From: Pseudomonadota bacterium
Lineage (GTDB): Bacteria; Pseudomonadota; Alphaproteobacteria; Rhodobacterales; Rhodobacteraceae
DNA length: 64,000 nucleotides
Reading direction: 5' to 3'
Assembly (NCBI GenBank): GCA_039193885.1
Contig: JBCCWL010000002.1
Location: forward strand, 41,854-105,853
Both the position numbers and the translations under genes were made by a program. The notes below the pieces were generated by a model. It saw only the letters and a list, made by a program, of their open reading frames with translations. It did no database searches and was not told where the DNA came from. Positions 39,468 through 48,957 of this stretch are shown here, piece by piece (position 1 is the stretch's first letter; every line of letters begins with the position of its first letter).

Positions 39468-40076
39468 TTGGCAAAAATCCTGCTGCTCTATGCACATCCA
39501 GGTCAGCGCTTCAGTCTGGCCAATCAGGCGATGATGGCGCAAGCCAGAACTATAGAAAATATCACAATCGTTGACCTTTACGCCGAATATCCGCGGCACA
39601 AGATCGACGTCGAAAAGGAGCAGGCCCGCCTGATCGAGCACGACGTCATCGTCTTTCAGTTTCCCGTCTATTGGTATTCGACGCCAAGCTTGCTGAAGGA
39701 ATGGCAAGATCTTGTTCTCCAACACGGCTTCGCCTTTGGGGAGCACGGAAACGCGCTGAAAGGGAAAACCCTGATGCTGGCCGTCACGGCCGGCGGGCCA
39801 GAAGATGCCTATTCCCAAGAGGGGTACCAGCATCATCCTTTGCGTAGTTTTCTGCTGCCGCTAGAGCAAACCGCGGCCTTGTGCAAAATGAGATTTGCAA
39901 CTCCTTATGCGCTCTATGGCGCTTTGGCGGGCGATCAGCCCGAAGAGATTGCAGCACATGCGCAAGGATACAAAGAGCTGCTCTCTCTAATTCGAGATGA
40001 CGCCTATGATTTCGATGCAGCCGAAACACAGGACGTCATAATGTCTGCGACGCTGCCACTCCCGGCGAAAGGATAG
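39468..40076 (+). CDS. kefF: KefF/KefG-like flavodoxin-fold ancillary protein
   Basis: AHP, DLYAEYP, QFPVYWYSTP, LKEWQD; precedes kefC. Confidence 0.82.
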   Translation: MAKILLLYAHPGQRFSLANQAMMAQARTIENITIVDLYAEYPRHKIDVEKEQARLIEHDVIVFQFPVYWYSTPSLLKEWQDLVLQHGFAFGEHGNALKGKTLMLAVTAGGPEDAYSQEGYQHHPLRSFLLPLEQTAALCKMRFATPYALYGALAGDQPEEIAAHAQGYKELLSLIRDDAYDFDAAETQDVIMSATLPLPAKG

Positions 40077-40079
40077 ACG

Positions 40080-42038
40080 ATGTCGGAATTTCTACTCCTT
40101 GCCTTCATTTTTCTGGGCGCTGGCGTTGTCGCGGTGCCAATCGCCTCGCGACTGGGACTGGGTTCGGTGCTCGGCTACCTGATCGCGGGGATCGTCATAA
40201 GCCCGCTGCTTCTGGCGTTGGGTGTCGATGTTGTATCGATCCAGCACTTTGCCGAGTTTGGTGTCGTCATGATGCTGTTCCTCGTGGGCTTGGAACTGGA
40301 GCCAAAGATGCTTTGGGCGATGCGATCAAAACTGCTTGGCCTGGGTGGGCTTCAAGTGGCCGGAACAACGCTCATCATCATGGGCTTTTCGATGTTTCTG
40401 GGCATCCCATGGACAATCTCATTGGCCATCGGCATGGTTCTGGCGCTTTCATCGACGGCAATTGTGCTTCAAACCTTGAACGAAAAGGGGCTGATGAAAT
40501 CAGAGGGCGGACAGTCCAGCTTTTCAGTACTGTTATTCCAGGACATAGCCGTCATCCCAATTCTTGCTCTCATTCCCTTGCTGGCAATGCCAGAACTTAT
40601 GGATCTGGGACATGGCGCGTCAGATGTCGCCGCTCACGGTGATGATCACGGTGGGTCGCATGGCGGGTCACACGGAGATGATGACCACGGCTCAGGAATG
40701 AACCTGAGTTTGGTCGATGGGCTCAACGGCTGGCAAACAGCGCTCGTGACAATCGGGGCCATCGGCGCGGTGATCGGGTCGGGCTACTACCTCACGCGGC
40801 CTGTTTTCAGGTTTATCGCGATGGCGGGTCTGCGGGAGCTATTCGTAGCCACCGCACTTTTGTTCGTGATCGGTATCGCACTGTTGATGACAGCCGTCGG
40901 CTTGTCGCCTGCCTTAGGGACGTTTCTGGCTGGTGTCGTTCTCGCCAATAGCGAATACCGGCATGAGTTGGAAAGTGACATTGACCCGTTCAGGGGGCTG
41001 TTGCTGGGCCTGTTTTTCATAACCGTCGGGGCCTCGATCGACTTTGGTCTTCTGTTTGGGAATCTCGCCAGTGTTCTGGGCATGACCTTCGGTCTCGTCG
41101 CCGTCAAAGCGGGTATCCTTCTTGCGCTTGCTTATATATTCAAGCTCCAAGGCTCTGACCGATGGCTGTTTGGCCTGGGCCTCGCTCAAGCCGGTGAATT
41201 TGGGTTTGTGCTGTTGTCATTCACAACCGCCAACCAGGTTATTCCGCAGTCCATAGCAGATGTGCTGCTTCTGGTCGTCACACTGTCCATGCTTCTCACA
41301 CCTTTGCTGTTCATCGTTTATGAGTGGGTTCTTGTGCCTAAGTTCGCCAAGGATCAACAACAGGAGGCCGATACCATCGATGAACCCGGTGATATCATTA
41401 TCGCTGGCCACGGTCGCTTCGGCGGCGTGGTCAATCGGATGCTGCGCGCTGCCGGTTATTCGACAACCGTACTGGATTACAGCGCCTCGCAACTGGAGAT
41501 GCTCCGGGCTTTCGGCCTGAAGATCTTTTTTGGGGATGCAACCCGCGCGGATCTGTTGCACGCGGCCGGCATCGAGAACGCAAGACTCCTGGTGGTGGCA
41601 ATTGACAACAAAGACCAGATCAACGCCATCGTTCACCACGTCAAACAGCACCACCCGTCGGTGCCGATAGTGGCGCGTGCCATTGACCGCGTGCATGTCT
41701 ACGAACTTTATGCTGCAGGGGTGCGGGAAATCATTCGCGATACGTTCGATTCCAGCGTCCGCACAGGCCGCACCGCTTTTGAGATGCTGGGCATGCACCC
41801 GTTTGACGCCGAACTTCTCGCCACGAAATTTTCCGAAGACGACCGTCATATGATCAGAGAGCTCGCCGAGCTCTACGACCCTGATATGCCGATCGAACAG
41901 AACACACCCTATATCGAAAAGACGAAGGAAATGGTGGCAGAACGCGAAGCGCAAATCTTTGCGAAAGGAAACGCATTCAAGAATGAGACCAATTCCGCGT
42001 GGTTGCCTCCGCGCATAGCCGCAGATGAAGACCTTTGA
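40080..42038 (+). CDS. kefC: Glutathione-regulated K+ efflux antiporter (KefB/KefC, CPA2 + KTN)
   Basis: LGSVLGYL, AEFGVV, LLFQD, SEYRHELESDIDPF, GHGRFG, FGDATR. Confidence 0.85.
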   Translation: MSEFLLLAFIFLGAGVVAVPIASRLGLGSVLGYLIAGIVISPLLLALGVDVVSIQHFAEFGVVMMLFLVGLELEPKMLWAMRSKLLGLGGLQVAGTTLIIMGFSMFLGIPWTISLAIGMVLALSSTAIVLQTLNEKGLMKSEGGQSSFSVLLFQDIAVIPILALIPLLAMPELMDLGHGASDVAAHGDDHGGSHGGSHGDDDHGSGMNLSLVDGLNGWQTALVTIGAIGAVIGSGYYLTRPVFRFIAMAGLRELFVATALLFVIGIALLMTAVGLSPALGTFLAGVVLANSEYRHELESDIDPFRGLLLGLFFITVGASIDFGLLFGNLASVLGMTFGLVAVKAGILLALAYIFKLQGSDRWLFGLGLAQAGEFGFVLLSFTTANQVIPQSIADVLLLVVTLSMLLTPLLFIVYEWVLVPKFAKDQQQEADTIDEPGDIIIAGHGRFGGVVNRMLRAAGYSTTVLDYSASQLEMLRAFGLKIFFGDATRADLLHAAGIENARLLVVAIDNKDQINAIVHHVKQHHPSVPIVARAIDRVHVYELYAAGVREIIRDTFDSSVRTGRTAFEMLGMHPFDAELLATKFSEDDRHMIRELAELYDPDMPIEQNTPYIEKTKEMVAEREAQIFAKGNAFKNETNSAWLPPRIAADEDL

Positions 42039-42129
42039 TCCTGGTGGGCAAGCAACGGCGCGTGGCAGCCTGCCCGCTCTCTCAGCCTTGCCAGCATGAG
42101 ATCACACTGGTGATCGAACTGGATCGTAG

Positions 42130-43236
42130 ATGACAGGCCAAGACCCAAACGCTATCCCCGAGAACATGATGGCCGTCGTAACCACAGGCAACGGCGGCTA
42201 TGATAAGCTCGAGTATAAGTCCGTCGCCACTCCGGTTCCGCAAGCGGGTGAGGTTTTGCTGCGCGTCCTGGCCGCCGGCGTTAATAATACAGAGATCAAT
42301 ACGCGATTGGGGTGGTACTCGTCATCGGTCACCGGCGACACCGCCGCCACCGCTGAACACCAAAACGCGCATGGTGAAAGCAAATCGGACGGCGGTTGGA
42401 ATGCCTCAACACCGTTTCCGCTGATCCAGGGCACCGATTGTTGCGGACGCCTTGTTTCGGTTGGGCCAGATGTTGATCCCACGGATCTGGGCACACGCGT
42501 TCTGGTGCGCGCTTGCATGCGCCCCGCCGGCTACGACACGATGGACAACATCTGGATGGCATCCGATTTTGATGGGGCTTTCGCACAATATGTTAAAGTC
42601 CCCGCGCGTGATGTCTTCAAGGTCGAGTGCGCGTGGTCAGATGCGGAATTGGCGACCATCCCTTGCGCCTATGGAACATCGGAGAACATGCTGCACCGTG
42701 CCGGACTGTCCAACGGCGAAACTGTTCTGATCGCCGGTGCATCGGGTGGAGTTGGATCAGCGACCGTACAATTGGCCAAACTACGCGGCGCGCGCGTTGT
42801 AGCAATTACGAGCCCCGCCAAGGCTGATCAACTGCGCGATCTGGGGGCCGATACTGTCTTAAACCGAGATGCGGATCTGACCGAAGCCCTGGGGTCCGAA
42901 AGCGTTGATCTTGTGGTCGACAATGTTGGCGGCCCATCATTTCCCGCGATGCTAAAGGTTCTGCGTCGCGGGGGGCGGCTGGTCTCTTCTGGCGCGATTG
43001 CAGGTCCTGTTGTCGAGCTCGACATGCGCGATATGTACCTCAAGGATATTCGACTGATCGGCTGTACCGCATGGGACGAACCGATCTTTGCAAACCTGAT
43101 TTCCTACATAGAAGCAGGACAAATTCGTCCGCTTCTTGCAGGAACCTATCCGCTGAGTGAGATCGTCGCCGCTCAAAAGGCGTTCATGGCCAAAAACCAT
43201 ATGGGCAACATTGTTCTTTTGCCTCCGACGGAATGA
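42130..43236 (+). CDS. MDR-superfamily alcohol dehydrogenase/quinone oxidoreductase
   Basis: AAGVNNTEINTR, IQGTD, GASGGVG. Confidence 0.85.
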   Translation: MTGQDPNAIPENMMAVVTTGNGGYDKLEYKSVATPVPQAGEVLLRVLAAGVNNTEINTRLGWYSSSVTGDTAATAEHQNAHGESKSDGGWNASTPFPLIQGTDCCGRLVSVGPDVDPTDLGTRVLVRACMRPAGYDTMDNIWMASDFDGAFAQYVKVPARDVFKVECAWSDAELATIPCAYGTSENMLHRAGLSNGETVLIAGASGGVGSATVQLAKLRGARVVAITSPAKADQLRDLGADTVLNRDADLTEALGSESVDLVVDNVGGPSFPAMLKVLRRGGRLVSSGAIAGPVVELDMRDMYLKDIRLIGCTAWDEPIFANLISYIEAGQIRPLLAGTYPLSEIVAAQKAFMAKNHMGNIVLLPPTE

Positions 43237-43258
43237 CGTTCCCTGCTTGGGCTTCAGT

Positions 43259-44458
43259 TCAAGGCGTGCCGAAAGCTGTGTTCCAAATCTCAGACCGGGC
43301 TCGGTCCCGCGCGTCATAAGCTTTGATCGCATCTGTTAGATCACCGGCCATCAGCGCCGGGGCTTGATCAGCCAATCGGGTGATCTGCATCGTGTACCAA
43401 GCCGTAACGCCACCCTCAGGCGGTGTCTCAAAGCGAGGAAATATCGGATCAGACGCTTGGCCTTTTACCCAGGCCTTTGGCAGGTCTGGATCAAGAATGA
43501 GCACCCGCGCGAGACCCACAAGATCGGCCTGGCCCTGATCAATCGCATTCTCAGCCTCAACCAGCGTTTTGAAACCACCTGTGACCATCAAAGGTTTTCC
43601 GGTCCGTAACCGAGCGCGCTCGGAAAACTGCAGGAAATAAGGCCCCGAACTTGCGCGATCCGATGACGATGCCGCACCAGGAAAATAAGTACCGCCGCTG
43701 ATGTCGATTAGGTCGATGCTGGTCCGATCGAGCGCTGAAATGACATCGAGGGCTTCCTCGGGCTGGAAACCTCCCTCCAATTGATCGGTCGAATTAAGCT
43801 TCAGGCCAATGGGAAATTCAGGCCCAACCGCTGTGCGCACGCGCTCAACAACGTCCAGCAACAACCGCATTCTATTGGCCAATGAACCCCCATATGCATC
43901 GGTTCTCTTGTTGAATAACGGAGAGAGAAATTGGCTCAATAGGAACCCATGCGCGGCATGAATTTCGACGCCGCCAAACCCGGACGCCTTGGCCAACGTC
44001 GCGGTCTGAGCAAATTCTGTCGGCAGGTCCCGGATCTGCGCCTCTGTCAGCGCATCGCAGGTCAATCCAGGAAGATCCAGCGCGCTGGGTCCTTTTGGCG
44101 TACAAATGGACGCATCAGCCAATGCGCCAGCATGGCCGAGCTGTAGCCACAGTTGCGCTCCATTAGAGGCACCCGCGCGCGCAAGCGTCTCAAACCGACC
44201 CAACTCAGATTGCGATCTCAGCACCAGGTTTCCTGGTTTCTCGGCAAACCATGGCGTCCCTTGAACTTCACCTATGATCGACAGGGCCAGACCACCATCA
44301 GCCCAGCGCGCATAGAGACGGATTTGCGCATCGCTTGGATGACCGCGCCCATCGCCCAGAGAATCTGACATTGCAGATTTGGTGATACGGTTTTTGAGAA
44401 CAACCCCACAGGGCAGCTTTAAAGGTTTGGCCAAAGGCGGCGTTTTGGGATCGGTCAT
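43259..44458 (-). CDS. NADH:flavin oxidoreductase (Old Yellow Enzyme family)
   Basis: KNRITKSAMS, QLGHAG, EIHAAHGFLLSQFLSP, YGGSLANR. Confidence 0.9.
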   Translation of the reverse strand: MTDPKTPPLAKPLKLPCGVVLKNRITKSAMSDSLGDGRGHPSDAQIRLYARWADGGLALSIIGEVQGTPWFAEKPGNLVLRSQSELGRFETLARAGASNGAQLWLQLGHAGALADASICTPKGPSALDLPGLTCDALTEAQIRDLPTEFAQTATLAKASGFGGVEIHAAHGFLLSQFLSPLFNKRTDAYGGSLANRMRLLLDVVERVRTAVGPEFPIGLKLNSTDQLEGGFQPEEALDVISALDRTSIDLIDISGGTYFPGAASSSDRASSGPYFLQFSERARLRTGKPLMVTGGFKTLVEAENAIDQGQADLVGLARVLILDPDLPKAWVKGQASDPIFPRFETPPEGGVTAWYTMQITRLADQAPALMAGDLTDAIKAYDARDRARSEIWNTAFGTP

Positions 44459-44568
44459 ACCCCCCAGCTATCCCATAGCCACGCGGATGTCAGTCCCTAA
44501 GCGCCGATGCTCCAATTCAGCTCTAATTGCCAGGCGATCAAGCCGGCCTCAAATTAAATTTTGGCAAA

Positions 44569-44595
44569 TGTCGATTGAACCATTGCTGATCCGTC
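44569..44595 (+). promoter_or_regulatory. Putative ECF42 promoter
   Basis: TGTCGA-N17-CGTC, matching the described ECF42 -35/-10 elements, upstream of the SRPBCC-YciI-ECF42 operon. Confidence 0.7.
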
Positions 44596-44651
44596 ATGTG
44601 GATGAAGCGGCAAAAAAGCCCTTCCATTCAATCCGAGGAGATAGAAGCAAG

Positions 44652-45161
44652 ATGATCAAGAAAATTTCAATCTATACCGCATGTGGCATCGCCGCCTTGA
44701 CCGCCGCCACGTTTGCCCTGCCACGCCATGTCAGTGTCGAGCGCCAAGCAACGCTTAGCACCACTCCCGACGTCGTGCTGGCCCTGGCAGCCTCGAACAC
44801 TGGTTACCAATCCTTCAACCCCTACAGCACACTGGATCCCGACCTGCAAATAGACCTGTTCGGCCCTCAAACAGGCGTCGGTTCAGGTTTTTATTTCGAC
44901 AGCAAGGACGGGACGGGCAGCCAGATCGTCGCGGATGTCTCTGCACAAACAATCACATACGCCATTGATCTTGGCCCGCTTGGGCAGCCAACCCAATCGA
45001 TCAGCGCCCTACCAACCGAGCTTGGGGCAAAGGTCACATGGCGTATCGACGCGGATATGGGCTTCAACCCGCTATTTCGCGTGATGGGCCTGTTCATGGA
45101 CGGCATGATGGGTCCGACTTTTGAAATCGGCCTTGAAAAACTCGGCGAAGCTGCCGCTTAA
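44652..45161 (+). CDS. SRPBCC (polyketide cyclase-like) protein with N-terminal anchor
   Basis: LPRHVSVER, FNPY, GVGS, GPTFEIGLEKL; GAGGAG RBS. Confidence 0.8.
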   Translation: MIKKISIYTACGIAALTAATFALPRHVSVERQATLSTTPDVVLALAASNTGYQSFNPYSTLDPDLQIDLFGPQTGVGSGFYFDSKDGTGSQIVADVSAQTITYAIDLGPLGQPTQSISALPTELGAKVTWRIDADMGFNPLFRVMGLFMDGMMGPTFEIGLEKLGEAAA

Positions 45162-45191
45162 TTCCAACCACCAACCAGAGAGATTGAACCC

Positions 45192-45545
45192 ATGCGATAT
45201 ACATTTTTGCTGTATTCCGACCCTGCCGATTTTGCGCATATGACGCCCGAGGATTGGGCGCGTGAAAAAGAAGTCTACGGGGCCTATATCGGGGCCTTGC
45301 AAGAGGCCGGTGTGTTTCTTGATACCGATTGGCTACACCCGGCCGAAACGGCAACAACGATCACTCTCAAAGACGGCGAGAAGCGGGTTCAGGACGGGCC
45401 ATTTGCCGATACCAAGGAAACGCTAGGGGGCTTTTTTGCCATCGATGTGCCTGACCTGGACGCAGCCCTAGTCTGGGCTGAAAAGTGCCCGGCGGCCAAA
45501 CACGGAAAGGTCGAAATCCGATCTTCTGCGATGGGCAGTTCTTGA
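45192..45545 (+). CDS. YciI/DGPF-family protein
   Basis: DGPFADTKETLGGF, WAEKCP, VEIR. Confidence 0.9.
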   Translation: MRYTFLLYSDPADFAHMTPEDWAREKEVYGAYIGALQEAGVFLDTDWLHPAETATTITLKDGEKRVQDGPFADTKETLGGFFAIDVPDLDAALVWAEKCPAAKHGKVEIRSSAMGSS

Positions 45546-46756
45546 CCCAAGCCTGTGCACAGGCGCGGGCCGAGGATGTAGCCCGCGCCGCTTACGGTAA
45601 ATTGCTGGCAATGCTGGCCAGCCGAACAGGCGACATTGCGGCCGCCGAAGACGCGTTGTCGGAGGCCTTCTTGGCTGCGTTGCGCACTTGGCCAACCCGC
45701 GGCGTTCCCGACAGCCCCGAGGCGTGGCTTTTGACAGCGGCCAAGAACCGGCGCATCGATCAGGCCCGAAAAGACGCCCGTCTGGTTGTTACAAATGAGG
45801 TTCCAGAAATGACTGATGTGTTTGTGCCCGACCTTGATGAAACTCTGGATGAACGTCTGAAACTTCTCTTTGTATGCGCCCACCCCGCGATCGATGTTGC
45901 TATACGCACCCCACTGATGCTGCAAACTGTCCTTGGCCTGGAAGCTGAACAAATAGCCCGGGCTTTCCTTGTGTCGCCTACTGCAATGGCCCAGCGTCTC
46001 GTACGTGCCAAGAAAAAGATAAAGTCGGCCGGTATTCCGTTTGCTATCCCGGATGTGGCGAGCCTTCCGGACCGGATGGCATCAGTTTTGGAGGCCGTCT
46101 ACGGGGCCTATGCGGTCGATTGGTTGGAGGGCGCTGGAGATCTATCACATGAGGCTTTTTTCCTCTCCACCATCCTGGCCGACCTCGTCCCAAAGGACCC
46201 CGAGGCATTGGGACTTACGGCATTGATCGGCTTTATCGAGGCCCGGCGCGACGCGCGGGTCCATGAAAACATGCTGGTGCCAGTGCCCGATCAGGACACT
46301 GATCTTTGGGACATGGCCATGATTGAGCGCTCTGCCAACATGCTTAGCCGCGCAGCAACACTTGGCAAAACAGGCCGCTTCCAGTTGGAGGCCGCGATCC
46401 AATCCGTTCACGCGGCGCGCTCTGCGACAGGGCAAACGGATTGGCGGGCCTTGTCGCAGCTTTATGCCGGCCTGGTGAAACTGCACCCGACTATAGGTGC
46501 CGTAGTCGGGCGTGCTGCGGTTACCGTCGAAGATGCTGGCCCGGCAGAAGCGTTGAAATTGCTGGCAAAGATAGAAGGGCCAGAGACTGATCGCTATCAG
46601 CCCTATCATGCCACCCACGCCCATTGCCTGTCGCGCCTGGGCCGCATTGCCGAGGCGGCAGCGGCCTATGACAAGGCGGTCTCCCTATGTACGGACCTTC
46701 CATCGCGTCGCTGGTTGGCGCAAAAGGTGGCGGAGCTGAGACAGAACATTTCATAG
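45542..46756 (+). CDS. ECF42 sigma factor with C-terminal TPR-like extension (DUF6596)
   Basis: AEDALSEAF, WPTRGVP, LFVCAHP, IARAFLV, AQRLVRAK, FQLEAAI, TDW; TTG start overlaps the YciI stop. Confidence 0.88.
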   Translation: MTQACAQARAEDVARAAYGKLLAMLASRTGDIAAAEDALSEAFLAALRTWPTRGVPDSPEAWLLTAAKNRRIDQARKDARLVVTNEVPEMTDVFVPDLDETLDERLKLLFVCAHPAIDVAIRTPLMLQTVLGLEAEQIARAFLVSPTAMAQRLVRAKKKIKSAGIPFAIPDVASLPDRMASVLEAVYGAYAVDWLEGAGDLSHEAFFLSTILADLVPKDPEALGLTALIGFIEARRDARVHENMLVPVPDQDTDLWDMAMIERSANMLSRAATLGKTGRFQLEAAIQSVHAARSATGQTDWRALSQLYAGLVKLHPTIGAVVGRAAVTVEDAGPAEALKLLAKIEGPETDRYQPYHATHAHCLSRLGRIAEAAAAYDKAVSLCTDLPSRRWLAQKVAELRQNIS

Positions 46757-46854
46757 GATTGCGATTTAACCACAGCCTGCGGCTGCGTGTTCCAACCAAC
46801 CTCGCTAAATCAACCGGCGACTTTCCCAGGACCGCACGCTGAATCAAGCCTTGT

Positions 46855-47748
46855 TCAGAGCTTGTCCTGCCCGATGAAATCCGCGCGACGCTCCAGTAAA
46901 GCGTCGCACAGATAGTCCACCAACAGGCGCGCGCGGCGAACGCGGCGTAGTCCCCCATGCAACATCACCCAGGTGGATCGTCTTGTATCAAGCGCAGTCC
47001 CCGGCACACGTTGCAGATCTGCGAAAACCGACGGCACCCATTTCGCCAGAAACGTCATTCCGGCCCCGGCGCGCGCCAGATGAAGATGCATCTGGGGGTC
47101 GGTCACGATATGGCGGACGCGTGCGTCGGAAAACGGGGTTGCGGCCACCATGGCTTTCAGCTCCGGAATTTCTCCGTAACCGATCCACGTCAGACCAGCC
47201 CCTTTCGGGCCCGCATTGGGCAGGGCTGTGTCAATGTAGTTGCGCGCAGCATAGACCCCAATGGGCAGCGAAAACAGCTTGCGACCTACAGCGTCCTCAT
47301 CAACATCGATCACATGACGAACGGAAATGTCGGTCTCGTCATTCTCGATTGAATCAAGCATGTAGGAGAGTTTCAGTTCGATCTCGATGTCAGGATAAAG
47401 CGCTGCAAACTCAGCCAACACAGGCGCCAACAAGTAGTGCGCCGTCAATGGATCGGCCGAAAGGCGGATCCGGCCAGACGCTTCCCGGTCGAGCCCCTGA
47501 ACGGAGCTAAAACCTTTCAAAAGCGCGGCCTCTGCCTCAAGTGCTTGTGGAAGCAACCGCCGCCCCGCCGCCGTCAGTGTGAGCCCACCCGCCGCGCGCC
47601 GAAACAGCGTCGTGCCCAACTGCGCCTCCAAACCCTCGATCTGGCGGCGCAAGGTCGCATGGGTCCCACCGAGTTGTCCCGCACCCGCCCGGAGCGACCC
47701 CGACCGGGCAACCGCGAGAAAGGCAGGTAAAGACTTCCAATCAATCAT
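46855..47748 (-). CDS. LysR regulator
   Basis: DWKSLPAFLAVARSGS HTH; divergent from the MDR gene. Confidence 0.88.
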   Translation of the reverse strand: MIDWKSLPAFLAVARSGSLRAGAGQLGGTHATLRRQIEGLEAQLGTTLFRRAAGGLTLTAAGRRLLPQALEAEAALLKGFSSVQGLDREASGRIRLSADPLTAHYLLAPVLAEFAALYPDIEIELKLSYMLDSIENDETDISVRHVIDVDEDAVGRKLFSLPIGVYAARNYIDTALPNAGPKGAGLTWIGYGEIPELKAMVAATPFSDARVRHIVTDPQMHLHLARAGAGMTFLAKWVPSVFADLQRVPGTALDTRRSTWVMLHGGLRRVRRARLLVDYLCDALLERRADFIGQDKL

Positions 47749-47844
47749 TGTGGAACGTTTATAAACCAATATGGGTCGATTTAAACACTTTTTGGAACAC
47801 AAAAAGGTTCTTATCTCGCTGTTGACTTGGAACAGGAGATTGAA

Positions 47845-48825
47845 ATGGACACCACATTCGAAGCTTGGGACATCCCCAATTACGGCGCACCGGAGGTGCT
47901 GTCACCTGTGCGCCACCCGATGCCCACGCCAGCTGAAGATCAGATTCTGGTCCGCATCCGAGCTTCGGCCGTGACCCGTGCTGACGGGATGATGCGCGCC
48001 GGTCACCCCAAAATTGCGCGGGTGTTTCTTGGGCTTTCGCGCCCACGCGCCGGGTTGTCGGGAACTTGTTTTTCTGGTGAGGTCGTGGGCCTCGGATCCG
48101 CTGTGACCCGCTTTAAGATCGGGGAGGCTGTCTTTGGGGAAGCAGGACTGAAATTCGGGGCCAATGCCAGCCATATTTGTGTCTCAGAAGAGGGCAGCAT
48201 TCTGGCCAAGCCAGATACACTCAACTTTGAGGAGGCGGCCGTTATGTTTGATGGCGCGATGACCTCATGGCATTTTTTGACACATGTGGCACCTGTCAAA
48301 CCCAAGGACAGGGTCCTGATCCTTGGCGGCTCGGGTAGTCTCGGCTCTGCCGCAATACAGATCGCCACCGCGCTTGGTGCACAGGTCACCGCGACCAGCA
48401 GCACGCGAAACGGTGAGCTGCTGAGCGCCCTGGGTGCCACGCGCGTCATTGACTATACGCGGGAAACGCCTTTTCAAGCAGGTGCAAGATATGATCTCGT
48501 CTTTGATACGCTTGGTGTATCCAGCTTTGGCGCAGCCAAACCCAGCCTCGCGCGGAACGGCAGATACGCCTGCCCTGTTCTGGGACTTGGGCTTCTTCGG
48601 GACGTGATGCTAACCCGGTTTTTCAGCCCTCAACGCGCTGTGTTTTCAGCTGCGGGCCTGCAGACTCCAGAACACCATCGCAAGCAGCTGACCGGTCTGC
48701 TCAGCCTTGTCGCGGATGGGCGGTTCGCACCCGTCATGGACCGGACGTATCCGTTCGCAGATCTGGTTGAGGCGCACCGCTACGTTGCGACCGGTCGTAA
48801 ACGTGGCAATGTCGTGGTTGTCTAA
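47845..48825 (+). CDS. NAD(P)-dependent MDR (quinone reductase-like) oxidoreductase
   Basis: YGAPEVL, GGSGSLG, DRTYP, GRKRGNVV; AGGAG RBS. Confidence 0.85.
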   Translation: MDTTFEAWDIPNYGAPEVLSPVRHPMPTPAEDQILVRIRASAVTRADGMMRAGHPKIARVFLGLSRPRAGLSGTCFSGEVVGLGSAVTRFKIGEAVFGEAGLKFGANASHICVSEEGSILAKPDTLNFEEAAVMFDGAMTSWHFLTHVAPVKPKDRVLILGGSGSLGSAAIQIATALGAQVTATSSTRNGELLSALGATRVIDYTRETPFQAGARYDLVFDTLGVSSFGAAKPSLARNGRYACPVLGLGLLRDVMLTRFFSPQRAVFSAAGLQTPEHHRKQLTGLLSLVADGRFAPVMDRTYPFADLVEAHRYVATGRKRGNVVVV

Positions 48826-48957
48826 TGCAACAGTCTGGTCCCGCGTGGGCCGGACGCTGCGGTTGTTTGCGCTTTTTACGTCGCCAGCTTGGGCGAGTGA
48901 ACCGATCCCACATCCCGTCCAATGGATTGACATCTCGACCCTGACCGAACGTCGGTT

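Noticed and set aside
47751-47833. Three TGGAAC hexamers in the LysR/MDR spacer
   Set aside because: Short and unevenly spaced; could be chance or part of an ordinary LysR site.
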